This document shows positions 20,757 to 31,994 of a stretch of 64,000 bases of DNA, piece after piece (position 1 is the first letter of the stretch; every line of letters begins with the position of its first letter). A program made the position numbers and the translations under genes. Under the pieces are notes generated by a model that did no database searches, was not told the DNA's origin, and saw nothing but the letters and a program-made list of their open reading frames with translations. This stretch comes from an uncultured Acidobacteriota bacterium (GTDB lineage: Bacteria; Acidobacteriota; UBA6911): NCBI GenBank assembly GCA_963827655.1, contig CAWHCF010000041.1, forward strand, positions 167,918 to 231,917, written 5' to 3'.

Positions 20757-21452
20757 AGGGGTCGCAGCTCTCCATCAAGAACGTCACCAAACGCTTCGGC
20801 GCGCATCAGGCGCTCAACGATGTCTCCCTGGAGGTCGCAGCCGGAGAAGTCGCCGTGATTCTCGGTCCGAGCGGCTGCGGCAAGACAACGCTGTTACGCT
20901 TGATCGCGGGGCTGGACCCGCCTGACAGCGGCGAAGTGTGGCTGGCCGGGCGTCAAGTGTCTGTTCCAGGTCGAACCATGGTATCACCGTATGATCGCGA
21001 GATCGGCTTTGTCTTTCAGGACCTGGCGCTGTGGCCACACCTCACCGTCCGGAGGAACCTGGAGTTCGTCCTCGAATCCGGCCAGGTGCCCAGGAGCGAC
21101 CGGCTTGTACGCGCGCGTGACGCCCTCACCCTTGCTCGTGTCGACGGGCTCGCGAACCGATTTCCGCACGAACTGTCGGGCGGTGAGCAACAGCGCGTGG
21201 CACTGGCCCGCGCCCTCGTCGGTCGTCCGCTGCTTCTGCTTCTCGACGAACCGCTCTCGAGTCTCGACCCGGAGTTGCGGGCCACGCTTCGGACCGAACT
21301 CGTTCAGCTTCAGCGGGCATCCAACGATGACGACGGTGTACGTCACGCACCACCGGGAGGATGCAAGCGCGCTCGCCGACTGCCTCATCGAGATGCAGGC
21401 CGGCAGAGTCGTCTCGACGAGTAGGACCGAAAGACTGGAGGCGCGTGCATGA
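20753..21452 (+). CDS. ABC transporter ATP-binding protein, frameshift near 21320
   Basis: GPSGCGKT, LSGGEQQRVALAR, LLLDEP; YVTH H-loop in the shifted frame. Confidence 0.9.
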
Positions 21453-22087
21453 GAGTGGCTCTGCTTGTCGCCTTTGCGCTACTGCGCTCGGTTCACGCGA
21501 TGGCACAGGGCACACCCACATGTCGACTGCTGTGCGCTCCTGAGTTTAATGTCGAACCCACCCTCACCTTCACGAACCTGTTCGGATCTCCACGCATTGC
21601 TGACGACCAGGGCACCGTCAAGCGAGAGTCGCGCGAACGCGAATTCGAACTGATCCTCTCGCTCGCGCTGCCCACGCGAACGTCCTGGCTGGAGTTCACG
21701 GTGGAAGCCATTTTTCTTCCATTCGAGCGCGAGAGCACACCGGAGCTCGAGTTCGAGACCAACCTGATCTGGCTATCCTCGGAACGTACCCGCGGCTGGC
21801 TGAGCTCCCACTTCGACATCGTGGACAAGTTCAGCGCGGCCGAACGCCCGACGGATCGCCGCGCGTACACGCACAAGCTGAATTTCGAGCTCGATACGGG
21901 TTTCGCGCTATTCAACTGGTTGCCGCCAGGCCGCTGGCTGCGCGGCTTTGAACTCGAGGGGTCGCTCGACTACGTCGCGACGGGATTACCCAGGGCCGGT
22001 GACAGCCTTGGCGGCATTCGCTTCCTTGACCATGCAAGCCCCTGGTCGTTCTCCGTGGTGTTTGTCCTTCCCATTGCCCCTTGGTGA
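21449..22087 (+). CDS. Hypothetical secreted/outer-membrane protein
   Basis: Signal peptide, alternating amphipathic beta-like segments, terminal Trp. Confidence 0.6.
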   Translation: MRVALLVAFALLRSVHAMAQGTPTCRLLCAPEFNVEPTLTFTNLFGSPRIADDQGTVKRESREREFELILSLALPTRTSWLEFTVEAIFLPFERESTPELEFETNLIWLSSERTRGWLSSHFDIVDKFSAAERPTDRRAYTHKLNFELDTGFALFNWLPPGRWLRGFELEGSLDYVATGLPRAGDSLGGIRFLDHASPWSFSVVFVLPIAPW

Positions 22088-22158
22088 TGGCGTATCGCAA
22101 ACGCCCTCCTTACAGTGACTGCCTCCCGGTCCTGACGATTGCATTCTGTAACGAATAT

Positions 22159-22183
22159 GTTTTAGTATGTAACAGTCGTTACA
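22159..22183 (+). promoter_or_regulatory. Putative operator, perfect TGTAAC-N4-GTTACA palindrome upstream of the ADOP permease
   Basis: TGTAACAGTCGTTACA at 22168-22183; near-identical to the site at 14969-14993. Confidence 0.6.
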
Positions 22184-22204
22184 CAATCATTTTGGGAGAC
22201 GAAC

Positions 22205-24631
22205 ATGCTCGAACTACTCCACGACCTCCGCCAGGCGGTGCGTATGGTGGTTCGCTCGCCCGGCTTCGCGGCGCTCGCGATCATCATTTTGTCAACCGGC
22301 ATTGGTGCGGCCACTCTCATGTTCAGTCTGGTGCACGCCGTCCTCCTGCGCACGCTGCCGTTCGACGATCCAGATCGCGTCGTGTGGATGTACAACCTTC
22401 GAACCGAACGTGGACGCGCGCCGCTGTGGATTCCTGATGTGGAGGACTACCGGCGAGCGTCGACGACTGTCGCCGGCCTGGCCGCCTTCACCAACTGGAC
22501 GCAAACCTGACCGGCAGTGGGCCGGCCAGAACGGCTGGAAGGCACGCGCGTGTCTGGAAACTTCTTTCAGTTGCTCGGTCTCCGTCCGCTGTTTGGACGC
22601 CCGCTCCAGCCGGACGATGAGGACCGGGAAGGGCGCGTGGCCGTGTTGACTCATGGGCTGTGGCTTCGTGGATTCGGCGGCGATCCAGGAGTGGTCGGCC
22701 GTAGCGTGTCCTTGAACGGCGCCAGCTACATCGTGGTCGGCGTGCTCCCTCCCGGGTTCATATTCCCGTTTCGCGAGGCGGAGTTGGCCGTCCCCTCAGC
22801 CTTCGCAGCGATCCAAGGCGATCGGATCGCGGCGCAAATTTTCTTCGAGTCGTTGCCCGACTCGCGCCAGGCACGACTTTGCAGCAGGCCAAGGCGGACC
22901 TTGACGCGATCGCTCACCGTCTTCAGCGCCAATATCCGACCGAGAACGCCCGAAAGACGGGAGTGAGTCTCTATCCGCTGCACGCCGAGATCGTCGCAGA
23001 CTACAGGGCCATCCTGTGGACACTGTTCGCTGGCGTCGGGATGCTGCTCGCGGTTGGATGCTTCAACGTCGCGAACCTGCTGTTGGTGCGCAATACCGGG
23101 CGGCAGACCGAATTTGCCATCCGGTTCTCACTTGGCGCATCGCGCGGGCGGCTCTTCCGTCAGCTGTTGAGCGAAGCCACGGTACTCGCCGCCGCTGCCA
23201 CAGTGGGTGGGATCGCATGGGCCGACATCGGGCTCTCAGCCTGGCGTGCGTGGGGACCGTCGAACTTTCCGCGCATGGCGGAGGTCACGCTTGATCCGAA
23301 CGTCCTGATGTTCGCCGTGTCGGTGTCGTGCCTCACCGCCCTGGCGTGCGGGGCGTTGCCGGCCTGGTTCGTATCGCGCAACACGGCGCATGCGCTTCGA
23401 GGCGCCACGCGAGCGATGACGATCCGGCGTGGTGACGCCGTCGTCCGGCGCGCGTTCGTAGGACTTCAGATCGCCGCCTCGACGGTGTTGCTCGTGGGGA
23501 TGGGACTGACCGCTCGCGGGTTTGCGCGTCTGGAACGTGTCGCCCCTGGATTCACGCCCGATCGGTCCTGGTCGATCCAACTCTCGCTACCGCCAAACGT
23601 GTACGGCAACCGAGGCGCGCTCGTCCGCTTCGCCGAGGCGCTTCAGGATCGACTCAGCGCGATCAGCGGTATCGAGACCAGCGGCATGGTGTCGCTCCTG
23701 CCGCTCAGCGGGCTTCTGTCGGCCATGGATATTGCTTTCCCGACCGCGCCGCGCCGCCGCCGGATGAAGTCCCACAAGCCCATTTTCGCGTGGCGAGTCC
23801 CGGGTACTTTGCCGCAGCCGGCATCGCGGTGATCCAGGGCCGCGAATTCTCCGGTCACGATCGCACCGACAGTCAGCCCGTCGCAATCGTGAGCCGGACC
23901 TTCGCGGCTCGTCATTGGCCCGATGAACAAGCGATCGGGAAAACGGTCCAGCTGGTGCAGTCCACGCGGTCGGCGCAGCTCGAGGTGGTGGGTGTCGTGA
24001 GCGACGTCAAGCACTTCACGCTGGATGATCCGTCCACGCCAGACCTGTACGTACCCCTTGGCGAGATGCCCGTCTCGAAGGCCCCTATGCTGGCGGCGCG
24101 GATGTTCTGGGTCGTGCGAGGCCGGCTCGCGCCGCGGCTTTTGCAGCTGCGGTCCGCGAGGCGGTTGCGCAAGTCGACCCTGGGGTTGCGGCCTCCAGCG
24201 CGCGACCGCTCGAATCCGTCGTGTCGACATCACTCGGCCCTCGCCGCGTGAATGTCCGTCTGCTCGAAGTCTTCGGGCAAATCGCGCTTGTTCTGTGCGC
24301 GATCGGCGTGTATGGTCTCGCCGCATTCTCAGCCCGGACGAGAGGCCGGGAGCTGGCCATTCGCGCTGCATTGGGAGCGCGAGGACGCGACCTCGCGACA
24401 TTGATGCCTCGCAGCGAGTTGTGGTCCGTCGTAGTTGGGATCGCTGCCGGCCTGTCGGTCGCCAGCCTCACGGCGCCGCGGCTGTTTGGCACGCCGTTCG
24501 AGACGGATCCCAGGGATGCCGTCACGTACGCCGGCGTGGGGTTCGTACTCCTCGTCGTGGGGGCGCTCGCGAGTTATGCCCCGGCTCGGCGCGCCGCTGG
24601 GACTGATCCGGTCGACGCTCTCAGGGCTTGA
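22205..24631 (+). CDS. ADOP-family (duplicated MacB/FtsX) ABC permease, several frameshifts
   Basis: DLRQAVR-----PGF, GIGAATLMFSLVHAVLLR-LPF--PDR, CFNVANLLL, EFAIRFSLGA, ELAIRAALGA, PARRAA-TDP--ALRA. Confidence 0.85.
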
Positions 24632-24822
24632 TGAGACATGATGCGGCATCCGGCGCGAACCGTCCAGAGTCATTCTCCATGAACGATAGCTCGTCTGCAG
24701 GCATCGGTCGAACACCTGTCAAACGCTTACCGTGGTGCGTCTGGAGGCGCCTCATCGCGGGAGAAACTTCTCTGGTGCCGGACCTGCTGTACCGGTGGCA
24801 ACCGTAGTTTCCGCCCGAGCAC

Positions 24823-26860
24823 TTACTTTCGCCCGAAACGATCGGCAGCGCCGGCCAGACGGTAGATCTCCGCGGTGCGATCAAAGGCCGCATCCTGCGC
24901 GCCGATGAGCGTGAGCTGACGCGGCGCCAGGCATCCGAGAGCCTCAGGAATATCGAGCACGCGCAGCACGTTCAGTAGCGCCGGGCCATACTCCTCACCG
25001 GGCGACCTCGGACGATGCGAAGCGGGCGGATCGACGGCAATCACGCCCTCTATGGCGGGTTGATACAGAGCCGCATACGCGGCCAGAATGCCCGAGCGTC
25101 CACGACCTGCCGCGCGCCAGTGGATGCCTGCGCCGGTGCGGCGACCGGCAACAGTCAGCACGTCCCATACGCGACCGCCGTCAATCGTCCCACCCAGCAG
25201 CGCCATCGAGCGTTCAATCGGATGGGGAAACTTGTCCCGTGTCCACGCGCCCGGGCCCATGCCCCGCGTGCTCAGCAGGAGCGCGGGATTTTCTCCTACT
25301 ACGCTGCCCGCCCATTCCGGCAGTTTCGCCGTATCTTCCTCCGGATTGAGCACGATGAGCCAGCGTACACCGCCCTGGTCTTTGCCCGGGAGCCAGCGCC
25401 AGTAAATATCGATCCCTTCTTCAGTAACTTCTCTGTCCGCCCTCGGCTCACTACCCAAAGCGGGCACGTAAACCACAGGGGGGGTTGCCGGCCAGGCCGC
25501 AAACGCGGCGAGGCGCAAACGATTCAACAAGTCCTCCCTCCACGGCCCGAACTTACCGGAGGCAGGCAACCCAGGCTTTGCCGGCGCGACGAAAAGCTCA
25601 TCAATCTTGACGTTGATACGATCCTGAGGAAAGTCGGCATCTTCAGGGAAAACCCGCAGCGCTTTCAATTCGACGCTGGGGCTGCCATCAGGTCTCAGGC
25701 CGGCATCGTCATCCATGACGCGCCCCGCATCGCGTTTTAGATGCCGGTTAAAGAATTCAAAGACGGCTCGCCGGATGTCGGTGCGATAGCCGTGTCCTCC
25801 CACGCTGATGACAGCGTCGACCATATCGCTTGCGCCGAACAGCGAATAAAGTCTTTCGAGCCGTAGGATGATGCGCTCATTGTTGGCCATCGGAAAATAA
25901 ACATCATTGTTGGAATTTACGAAAAGCAGTGGGCGCGGGCAGACGAGCGAGCAGATCGTGGTCCAGTTCCAGCGCGCGCGGTTGTAAAGAAAGAAGCAGT
26001 CGCAATGGCGGCTGATGCCATCTTCTCCGGCGTAGAAAGTCACATCGCCCATCCCGCTCACAGGCGCTGCCACTTTTACGCGGTCGTCGACCGCTGCTGA
26101 TCCAGAATGTGCCAATCCCGCCACCCGAAATGCCTGTGGCCCCGATTCTGCTGGCGTCTACCTCGGGGCGCGAAGTCAGATAGTCAATGGCGCGCATCGA
26201 ATTCCAGCACTCAACGCCGGCCGGAGTGTATCCGGCCGAATGCCACCACCACCGTCTTTCCCCCAGCAACCCCCGATGCAGGCCAGCAATTTCACTCAGT
26301 TCGAGCGTGTCCATAACCAACGCGACATAGCCGTGCGTTGCGAACCATATGCCATGATTCTGGCAGTCGGTGGCGGCTTTGGCGCCTTCACGCCGATCGC
26401 GGTTGTAATGGCCGCACTGGTACAGAATCGCCGGGTGACGTCCTTGCGCCAGCCGAGGAAGATAGAGATTTGCCGTGACGTAGAGTCCAGGGAGGCTCTG
26501 AAAATGAAGCTTCTCGATCGTGAAATCTGATCGTTCGATCCGCCCCGTGATCTTCGCTTCGAGCGCAGTCCTTTCGGGCATCGGCTTCAGCCCAAGCATG
26601 TCCAAGAGGTCGTCACGCAACGATGGGCGTATCTTCTCGAAATCGGCAGCGGTCGTGATTCCAGGCAAGAACTCACGTTCGAGTTCGGCGGCGCGGAGTG
26701 CAAGATATCGGCGGATCGACTCTTCCCCAGAAAGTCTCTGAGGCGAACCTGCCGGTAACGGGCCGGCCAGAGCACCCTCCCGCGAAAACTTCGAGGGATA
26801 GAAGGCCAAAGCCGCGAATGCAGCGCCCCGCAGCATCATCTCTCTTCTGGTCAGGAGCAT
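24823..26860 (-). CDS. Tat-exported alpha/beta hydrolase (acetyl xylan esterase-like, two domains), frameshift near 26095
   Basis: MLLTRREMML Tat motif; FQSLPGLYVTANLYLP, RIGATGISGGG nucleophile elbow, HCDC. Confidence 0.8.
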
Positions 26861-26874
26861 CCTAGTGTTTCTTC

Positions 26875-26920
26875 GGCGCTTAGCGAAACGTTCAAACCAA
26901 CATGTTGTCGTTCACAAGGG
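26875..26920 (+). repeat. 46-bp direct repeat, copy 1
   Basis: GGCGCTTAGCGAAACGTTCAAACCAACATGTTGTCGTTCACAAGGG; 45/46 identical to 50404-50449. Confidence 0.9.
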
Positions 26921-26985
26921 ACCTTCGTGTCTTCGCGTCTTGGTGGTTAATCTGGTAGAATCACGGTTTTTCTCATCGGTGAACC

Positions 26986-28086
26986 ATGAACTCTTATCCT
27001 GGAACCACCACCGCAGGATCCGGAAAATTGCGACGTCTTCGCCGCAACCTGGAGAACCTTGGGCTGGAGGGGATTATAGTCTCCCATCTCCCTAATCTTC
27101 GTTATCTTTTCGACTTCACCGGCAGCACGGGTACCGCGCTGGTCACGCCCGGCCAATCCTTCCTCTTTCTCGATTCGAGGTATATCCTGCAGGGCCGGGC
27201 CGAAACCACGGGTTGTGCTATCGAAATGGCGCATCCCTCGCTAGAAGAGGCTTTGGCGCAAAAGGTGCGGTCGCTCGGCCTTCGTACATTGGCCGTTGAA
27301 GAACACTACGTCAGCCTGCATCGATACCGGCTTCTGGCCAATAAACTGCCCCGGACCATCGATCTCAAACCCGTCGGTGGGCTGGTCGAAGAGCTGCGAA
27401 TGGTGAAATCGATCGAAGAAATCGAGGAGATTCAACGAACCCTGGATCTCACGGTCCAGGCCTTTGAGTCCATCATTCCCGACGTCAGGCCCGGTATCCG
27501 CGAGATAGACCTGGCTGCAGAACTGGAGTACCAGTTACGAAAGCGGGGCGCCAGGAAAACCTCTTTCGATACGATTGTCGCCTCGGGCTGGCGTTCGGCC
27601 ATGCCCCACGGTGTCGCGTCAACCAAGACCCTCGCCCAGAATGAATTCGTCGTTTTCGACTTTGGCGCGTACCGGGAGGGATATGCCAGCGATATGACCC
27701 GAACCCTGTTTCTCGGAAAGCCCGCGAGCGAGCAGAGAAAAATCTACGCGACCGTACTCGACGCCGTCCTGCGCGCGGAGGAGAAAATCCGTCCAGGACT
27801 CAGCTGCCAGACGGTGGACCGCCTCGCGCGAAGCCACATCGAAGAGCGAGGATTCGGGGATTACTTCGGGCATGGGACCGGTCATGGGATAGGACTGGAG
27901 GTCCACGAAGCTCCCCGCATCGCCCCCGCACAGAAGCGAAGAATCCGGCGGAATATGGTTTTTACGATTGAACCGGGGATTTATTTGCCGGATAAAGGGG
28001 GCGTCCGCATCGAGGATGTGGTCCGGGTAAGCCAGTCGGGCTGTGAGGTTATGACGCGCTATCCGAAGGAGCTCCTGGTGCTATAG
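26986..28086 (+). CDS. Xaa-Pro aminopeptidase/dipeptidase (M24B)
   Basis: RMVKS-EEI, SAMPHG, GYASDMTRT, HGTGHGIGLEVHEAP, TIEPGIY, GVRIED. Confidence 0.93.
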   Translation: MNSYPGTTTAGSGKLRRLRRNLENLGLEGIIVSHLPNLRYLFDFTGSTGTALVTPGQSFLFLDSRYILQGRAETTGCAIEMAHPSLEEALAQKVRSLGLRTLAVEEHYVSLHRYRLLANKLPRTIDLKPVGGLVEELRMVKSIEEIEEIQRTLDLTVQAFESIIPDVRPGIREIDLAAELEYQLRKRGARKTSFDTIVASGWRSAMPHGVASTKTLAQNEFVVFDFGAYREGYASDMTRTLFLGKPASEQRKIYATVLDAVLRAEEKIRPGLSCQTVDRLARSHIEERGFGDYFGHGTGHGIGLEVHEAPRIAPAQKRRIRRNMVFTIEPGIYLPDKGGVRIEDVVRVSQSGCEVMTRYPKELLVL

Positions 28087-28127
28087 CCGAGTTTCTACAA
28101 GGTCGCAATCTTGTTTTTTGGCAACGA

Positions 28128-28232
28128 TTCTTGGTGTTTCTTCGTGCCTTTGAGTCCTCGTGGTATTTGTTTTGCAGCTCTAACCACAAAGACACGAAGA
28201 CACGAAGACGCCAGGAACAAAGAGCGAAGAGG
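28128..28232. repeat. Inverted pair of degenerate ACACGAAG-type short repeats (REP-like)
   Basis: TTCTTGGTGTTTCTTCGTG... followed by AACCACAAAGACACGAAGACACGAAGACGCC; related units at about 500-535, 6867-6882, 7512-7548, 26922-26950 and 31841-31927. Confidence 0.65.
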
Positions 28233-28250
28233 AACCTCAGGAAGCACTCT

Positions 28251-28727
28251 ATGAACATGAAAGAAGTGAAGGACCTTATCCAGGAGATCCTTCAAAGCGA
28301 CATAACCGAGTTCGAATTGGAGCATACGGGCACCAGGGTGAAGCTCAAGAGAGGCATGAAAGGCCCCGAAGTCACTCAACTTTCGGTCACCCGGCCCTCC
28401 GTGGCGCCGTCACATCCATCCTCGTCGGCCCCTCCCGAGCCTTCACCACCGGCTATCAAGCAGGAGGACCTTTCAGACAATGGACTCCATCTCATTACGT
28501 CCCCCATCGTCGGGACTTTTTTTCGCGCGCCATCACCGGGAGCGGCGCCTTACATCGAAGTTGGCGACGTAGTCGAGGAAGGTTCGATACTGTGCGTCGT
28601 TGAGGCGATGAAACTCATGAACGAGATTCCTGCGGATATTACGGGCGAGGTGGTTCACATCTATGTAGAAAACAGCCAGCCCGTGGAGTTTGGCCAGAAG
28701 CTGTTCGGGCTTCGGCCCCGCAGGTAG
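28251..28727 (+). CDS. accB: Acetyl-CoA carboxylase biotin carboxyl carrier protein
   Basis: SPIVGTFFRAPSP and EAMKLMNEI biotinylation motif. Confidence 0.96.
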   Translation: MNMKEVKDLIQEILQSDITEFELEHTGTRVKLKRGMKGPEVTQLSVTRPSVAPSHPSSSAPPEPSPPAIKQEDLSDNGLHLITSPIVGTFFRAPSPGAAPYIEVGDVVEEGSILCVVEAMKLMNEIPADITGEVVHIYVENSQPVEFGQKLFGLRPRR

Positions 28728-28739
28728 ATCCCGCCAATT

Positions 28740-30083
28740 ATGTTTCGAAAAATCCTCATCGCCAATCGGGGTGAAATCGCCCTCAGGATCATATGCGCCT
28801 GCAAGGAGCTGGCGATCCCGACCGTCGCGATCTATTCTCAGGCCGATCAGAATTCGTTGCATGTCCGCTTCGCCGACGAGGCGATCTGCATCGGACCTCC
28901 CGAGAGCAGCGAAAGCTATCTGAACATTCCCGCGGTTATCAGCGCCGCCGAGATTACCAACGCCGAGGCAATCCACCCGGGTTACGGATTCCTGGCGGAG
29001 AGCGCGTACTTTGCGGAGGTCTGTGAGGCCTGCGGACTGACCTTTATTGGTCCATCTCCCGAAGTAATCCGACTCATGGGCGACAAGGACGTGGCCCGGC
29101 AGACGATGAAAGCGGCCTCTCTCCCGATCCTTCCTGGCACCGAAAAGATCAAAGGTCCGTCGCCGGAGCTCCTGCCCATGGCAGCGCAGATCGGCTATCC
29201 CCTGATTCTGAAGGCAGCCGCAGGGGGAGGTGGAAAAGGAATGCGCATTGTTTCGTCCGAGTCCGAATTCTCAGCCGCGCTGGAAATCGCCCAATCCGAG
29301 TCTCAGAGCGCATTCGGATCTTCGGAGCTTTATCTGGAAAAATATCTCCCTTCGGCCCGGCACATTGAGTTTCAAATCCTCGCCGATCAACATGGAAATG
29401 TAGTCCACCTGGGCGAAAGGGAGTGCTCTATTCAGCGGCGTCATCAGAAACTCCTCGAGGAAGCACCCTCGACCTATCTGACGCCCGAGAAACGCGAAGC
29501 GATCGGCCGGCTTGCCGTCCAGGCGATGCGTTCTGTCAATTACACCAACGCAGGCACCATCGAGTTCATCTTCGATGATCAGGGAGACTATTACTTCATG
29601 GAGATGAACACGCGGATCCAGGTGGAGCATCCTGTCACCGAAATGATCACCGGCATTGACCTGGTGAAGGAGCAGATTCGCATCGCCGCCGGCGAACGGC
29701 TGGGCTATTCTCAGAGCGATGTCACGGTGCGGGGACATGCCATGGAGTGTCGCATTAACGCCGAGTGTCCCGACACTTTTCTCCCGTTCCCTGGAAAAAT
29801 CACGGCTTTTCATCTTCCAAGCGGATTGGGTGTTCGAATCGATACCGCGGCTTACAATGAGTATTTCATCACGCCTTACTATGATTCCCTCATCGCCAAA
29901 GTGATCAGCTACGGCGCCAACCGCGAAGAGGTGATCCGCCGCATGGACCGAGCCCTGGAGATGACCATCGTGGAAGGGGTCAAGACTACCATTCCTCTCC
30001 ATCAACGCATTCTCGAGGATCCGGATTTTCGCGCCGGACGCATTACCACGCGGTTCCTGGATCGCTGGAGCCGCCGCGGTTGA
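28740..30083 (+). CDS. accC: Acetyl-CoA carboxylase biotin carboxylase
   Basis: [46 protein letters not shown]. Confidence 0.97.
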   Translation: MFRKILIANRGEIALRIICACKELAIPTVAIYSQADQNSLHVRFADEAICIGPPESSESYLNIPAVISAAEITNAEAIHPGYGFLAESAYFAEVCEACGLTFIGPSPEVIRLMGDKDVARQTMKAASLPILPGTEKIKGPSPELLPMAAQIGYPLILKAAAGGGGKGMRIVSSESEFSAALEIAQSESQSAFGSSELYLEKYLPSARHIEFQILADQHGNVVHLGERECSIQRRHQKLLEEAPSTYLTPEKREAIGRLAVQAMRSVNYTNAGTIEFIFDDQGDYYFMEMNTRIQVEHPVTEMITGIDLVKEQIRIAAGERLGYSQSDVTVRGHAMECRINAECPDTFLPFPGKITAFHLPSGLGVRIDTAAYNEYFITPYYDSLIAKVISYGANREEVIRRMDRALEMTIVEGVKTTIPLHQRILEDPDFRAGRITTRFLDRWSRRG

Positions 30084-30085
30084 CG

Positions 30086-30718
30086 ATGTCGCTCCGCTTG
30101 CCCCCCATCTACCCCATAACGGATAAGAAACTCTCCGGACGCTCGACTCATTTATCGATCCTGAAAGAGCTGGTGCGAGGCGGGGCGCGGCTGGTCCAAA
30201 TTCGAGATAAGGACACCCCTGTCGCTGACCTGCTCGTAGACCTGAGGAGATGTGTCGAATTTGCTTCGAAGCATGACGTCCGAATCCTGGTTAATGATCG
30301 CTGCGATCTCGTTATGAGCAGCGGCGCTGCGGGAGTTCACCTGGGCCAGCAGGATCTTCCGCCTTCGGCTGCGCGCAGCCTTTTGGGACCGGACAGGATC
30401 ATTGGGTATTCGACCCACTCGATGCGAGAGGCGGACAAAGCGCTTGACGCGCCAGTGGACTACATCGGGTTCGGTCCGGTCTTTGCGACCACCACAAAAA
30501 CCAACCCGGCCAGGGTAGTCGGCCTGACGCGCCTCAAGCGGGTCTGCGAGCGCTCGCTCAGGCCGGTGGTAGCTATCGGCGGAATCGGACTGGCCCAGGT
30601 GAGCGCCGTGCTCGATGCGGGCGCCGCCAGCGCGGCGGTTATCTCCGGTTTGATGTGCGCAAAGAATCTTGCCGGCGGGATGGAGGAGTTCCTGAAGAGA
30701 GCCATGGAGAAGCCATAG
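30086..30718 (+). CDS. thiE: Thiamine-phosphate synthase
   Basis: QIRDK, VNDR, GVHLGQQD, GPVFATTTK, VAIGGI. Confidence 0.93.
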   Translation: MSLRLPPIYPITDKKLSGRSTHLSILKELVRGGARLVQIRDKDTPVADLLVDLRRCVEFASKHDVRILVNDRCDLVMSSGAAGVHLGQQDLPPSAARSLLGPDRIIGYSTHSMREADKALDAPVDYIGFGPVFATTTKTNPARVVGLTRLKRVCERSLRPVVAIGGIGLAQVSAVLDAGAASAAVISGLMCAKNLAGGMEEFLKRAMEKP

Positions 30719-31838
30719 AGCGCGAATATTGCGGATAAGCCTCCAGAACCAGGTCGGAACCGACGGGAAAGTTTCGAGCGATTCTGAATCGAGGCGCGCT
30801 CTCGACCGTGTTGAATCCCTCGCCGCCGATCGAGGGAATCGACCTTTTACCTCCCAGCACGAAGGGAGCCAGAATAAAGTAGAACTTGTCCGAGAATCGC
30901 CGGGATATAAAGGACCAGTGGACTTCGCTTCCGCCCTCAACCAGAAGTCCCAGGACTTTCCTTTTGGAGAGCTCAGCAATCACGCGCTTGAGGTCCAAGC
31001 CGCCCGTCACCCTGGGCACAGAGATCACTTCGGCCCCTGCCTTTTCGAGCCGGCGGCGAGCTCGAGGCGGCGCCTCGGGCTGGCAAAAAATCACCACGGG
31101 TGATGCATCCGTAGTGTGAAACACGCGGGCGCGAATCGGCGTCCGGAGCCGGCTGTCAAGAATGATCCTGATGAGCGGTCGATCTTTCACGCCTTTGCCC
31201 CGATAGGTTAGCTCTGGATCGTCGGCCAGGATTGTGCCCACGCCGACCAGAATGGCATCCAGTTGGCGCCGCAGCTCCTGGCCGAATTCGCGGGCCTTGG
31301 GAGAAGTAATCCAGCTCGTCTCGCGAGCTGCGGTTGCGATCCGGCCATCAAGTGACATTCCGGCCTTGGCGACGATCAGGGGGCGTCCAGTCGTTGCGTA
31401 ACAGGCAAACGGTTCGTTGAGCCTCAGCGCCTCCATTCGATAGAGCCCGGTTTCTACCCGTAGCCCCGCACTTCGCAGGCGATCGATCCCGTGGCCGCAG
31501 ACTTGAGGATTGGGGTCGATCATGGCAGCGACCACGCGCCGCAGGCCCGCTTGAATCAGCGCTTCTGCGCATGGCGGAGTTCTGCCATGATGCGAACATG
31601 GTTCCAGCGTGACATATGCCGTGGCTCCGCGCGCGAGTACGCCAGCCTGGCGTAACGCCTCGATCTCCGCGTGATCCTTGTGCGCGTATCGGTGCCACCC
31701 CTGGCCGACGATTTTCCCCTCCCGGACGACAACGCAACCTACGGTAGGGTTTGGACTGGCTTGGCCGACTCCTCGCGCCGCAAGCCTGAGCGCTTTTCGC
31801 ATGAAATGTCGATCTTTTGCGTCTGTGATCAAGGTCAA
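30639..31838 (-). CDS. ribD: Bifunctional riboflavin deaminase/reductase; start approximate
   Basis: PNPTVGCV, HAE, TLEPCSHHGRTPPC, SLDG, LLVEGG. Confidence 0.93.
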   Translation of the reverse strand: MTLITDAKDRHFMRKALRLAARGVGQASPNPTVGCVVVREGKIVGQGWHRYAHKDHAEIEALRQAGVLARGATAYVTLEPCSHHGRTPPCAEALIQAGLRRVVAAMIDPNPQVCGHGIDRLRSAGLRVETGLYRMEALRLNEPFACYATTGRPLIVAKAGMSLDGRIATAARETSWITSPKAREFGQELRRQLDAILVGVGTILADDPELTYRGKGVKDRPLIRIILDSRLRTPIRARVFHTTDASPVVIFCQPEAPPRARRRLEKAGAEVISVPRVTGGLDLKRVIAELSKRKVLGLLVEGGSEVHWSFISRRFSDKFYFILAPFVLGGKRSIPSIGGEGFNTVESAPRFRIARNFPVGSDLVLEAYPQYSRSMASPWLSSGTPPSRRQDSLRTSNRR

Positions 31839-31840
31839 TC

Positions 31841-31927
31841 CGTTTCTTCGTGTTTCTTGGTCTCTTCGGGCCTGGTGGTTAGCGCTGCGGAACAACCGCC
31901 ACAAGACTCGAAGAAACGCTAAGAACC
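31841..31927. repeat. Inverted pair of ACACGAAG-type repeats upstream of ribD
   Basis: CGTTTCTTCGTG...GGTGGTT and AACCGCCACAAGACTCGAAGAAACG can form a long imperfect hairpin. Confidence 0.6.
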
Positions 31928-31994
31928 TTGTCGAAAAAACAAGACAATCCGACTAGAGACACAAAGCCCCTTCAGTTATCATAATCCGGAAACT

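Noticed and set aside
26875-26920. 46-bp repeat as an acidobacterial LexA box (GTTC-N7-GTTC)
   Set aside because: The two GTTC motifs are 16 bp apart, not 7.
30639-30718. 80-bp 3' overlap of thiE and ribD as a regulatory feature
   Set aside because: Short convergent overlaps are common and the ribD tail is a non-conserved-looking extension.
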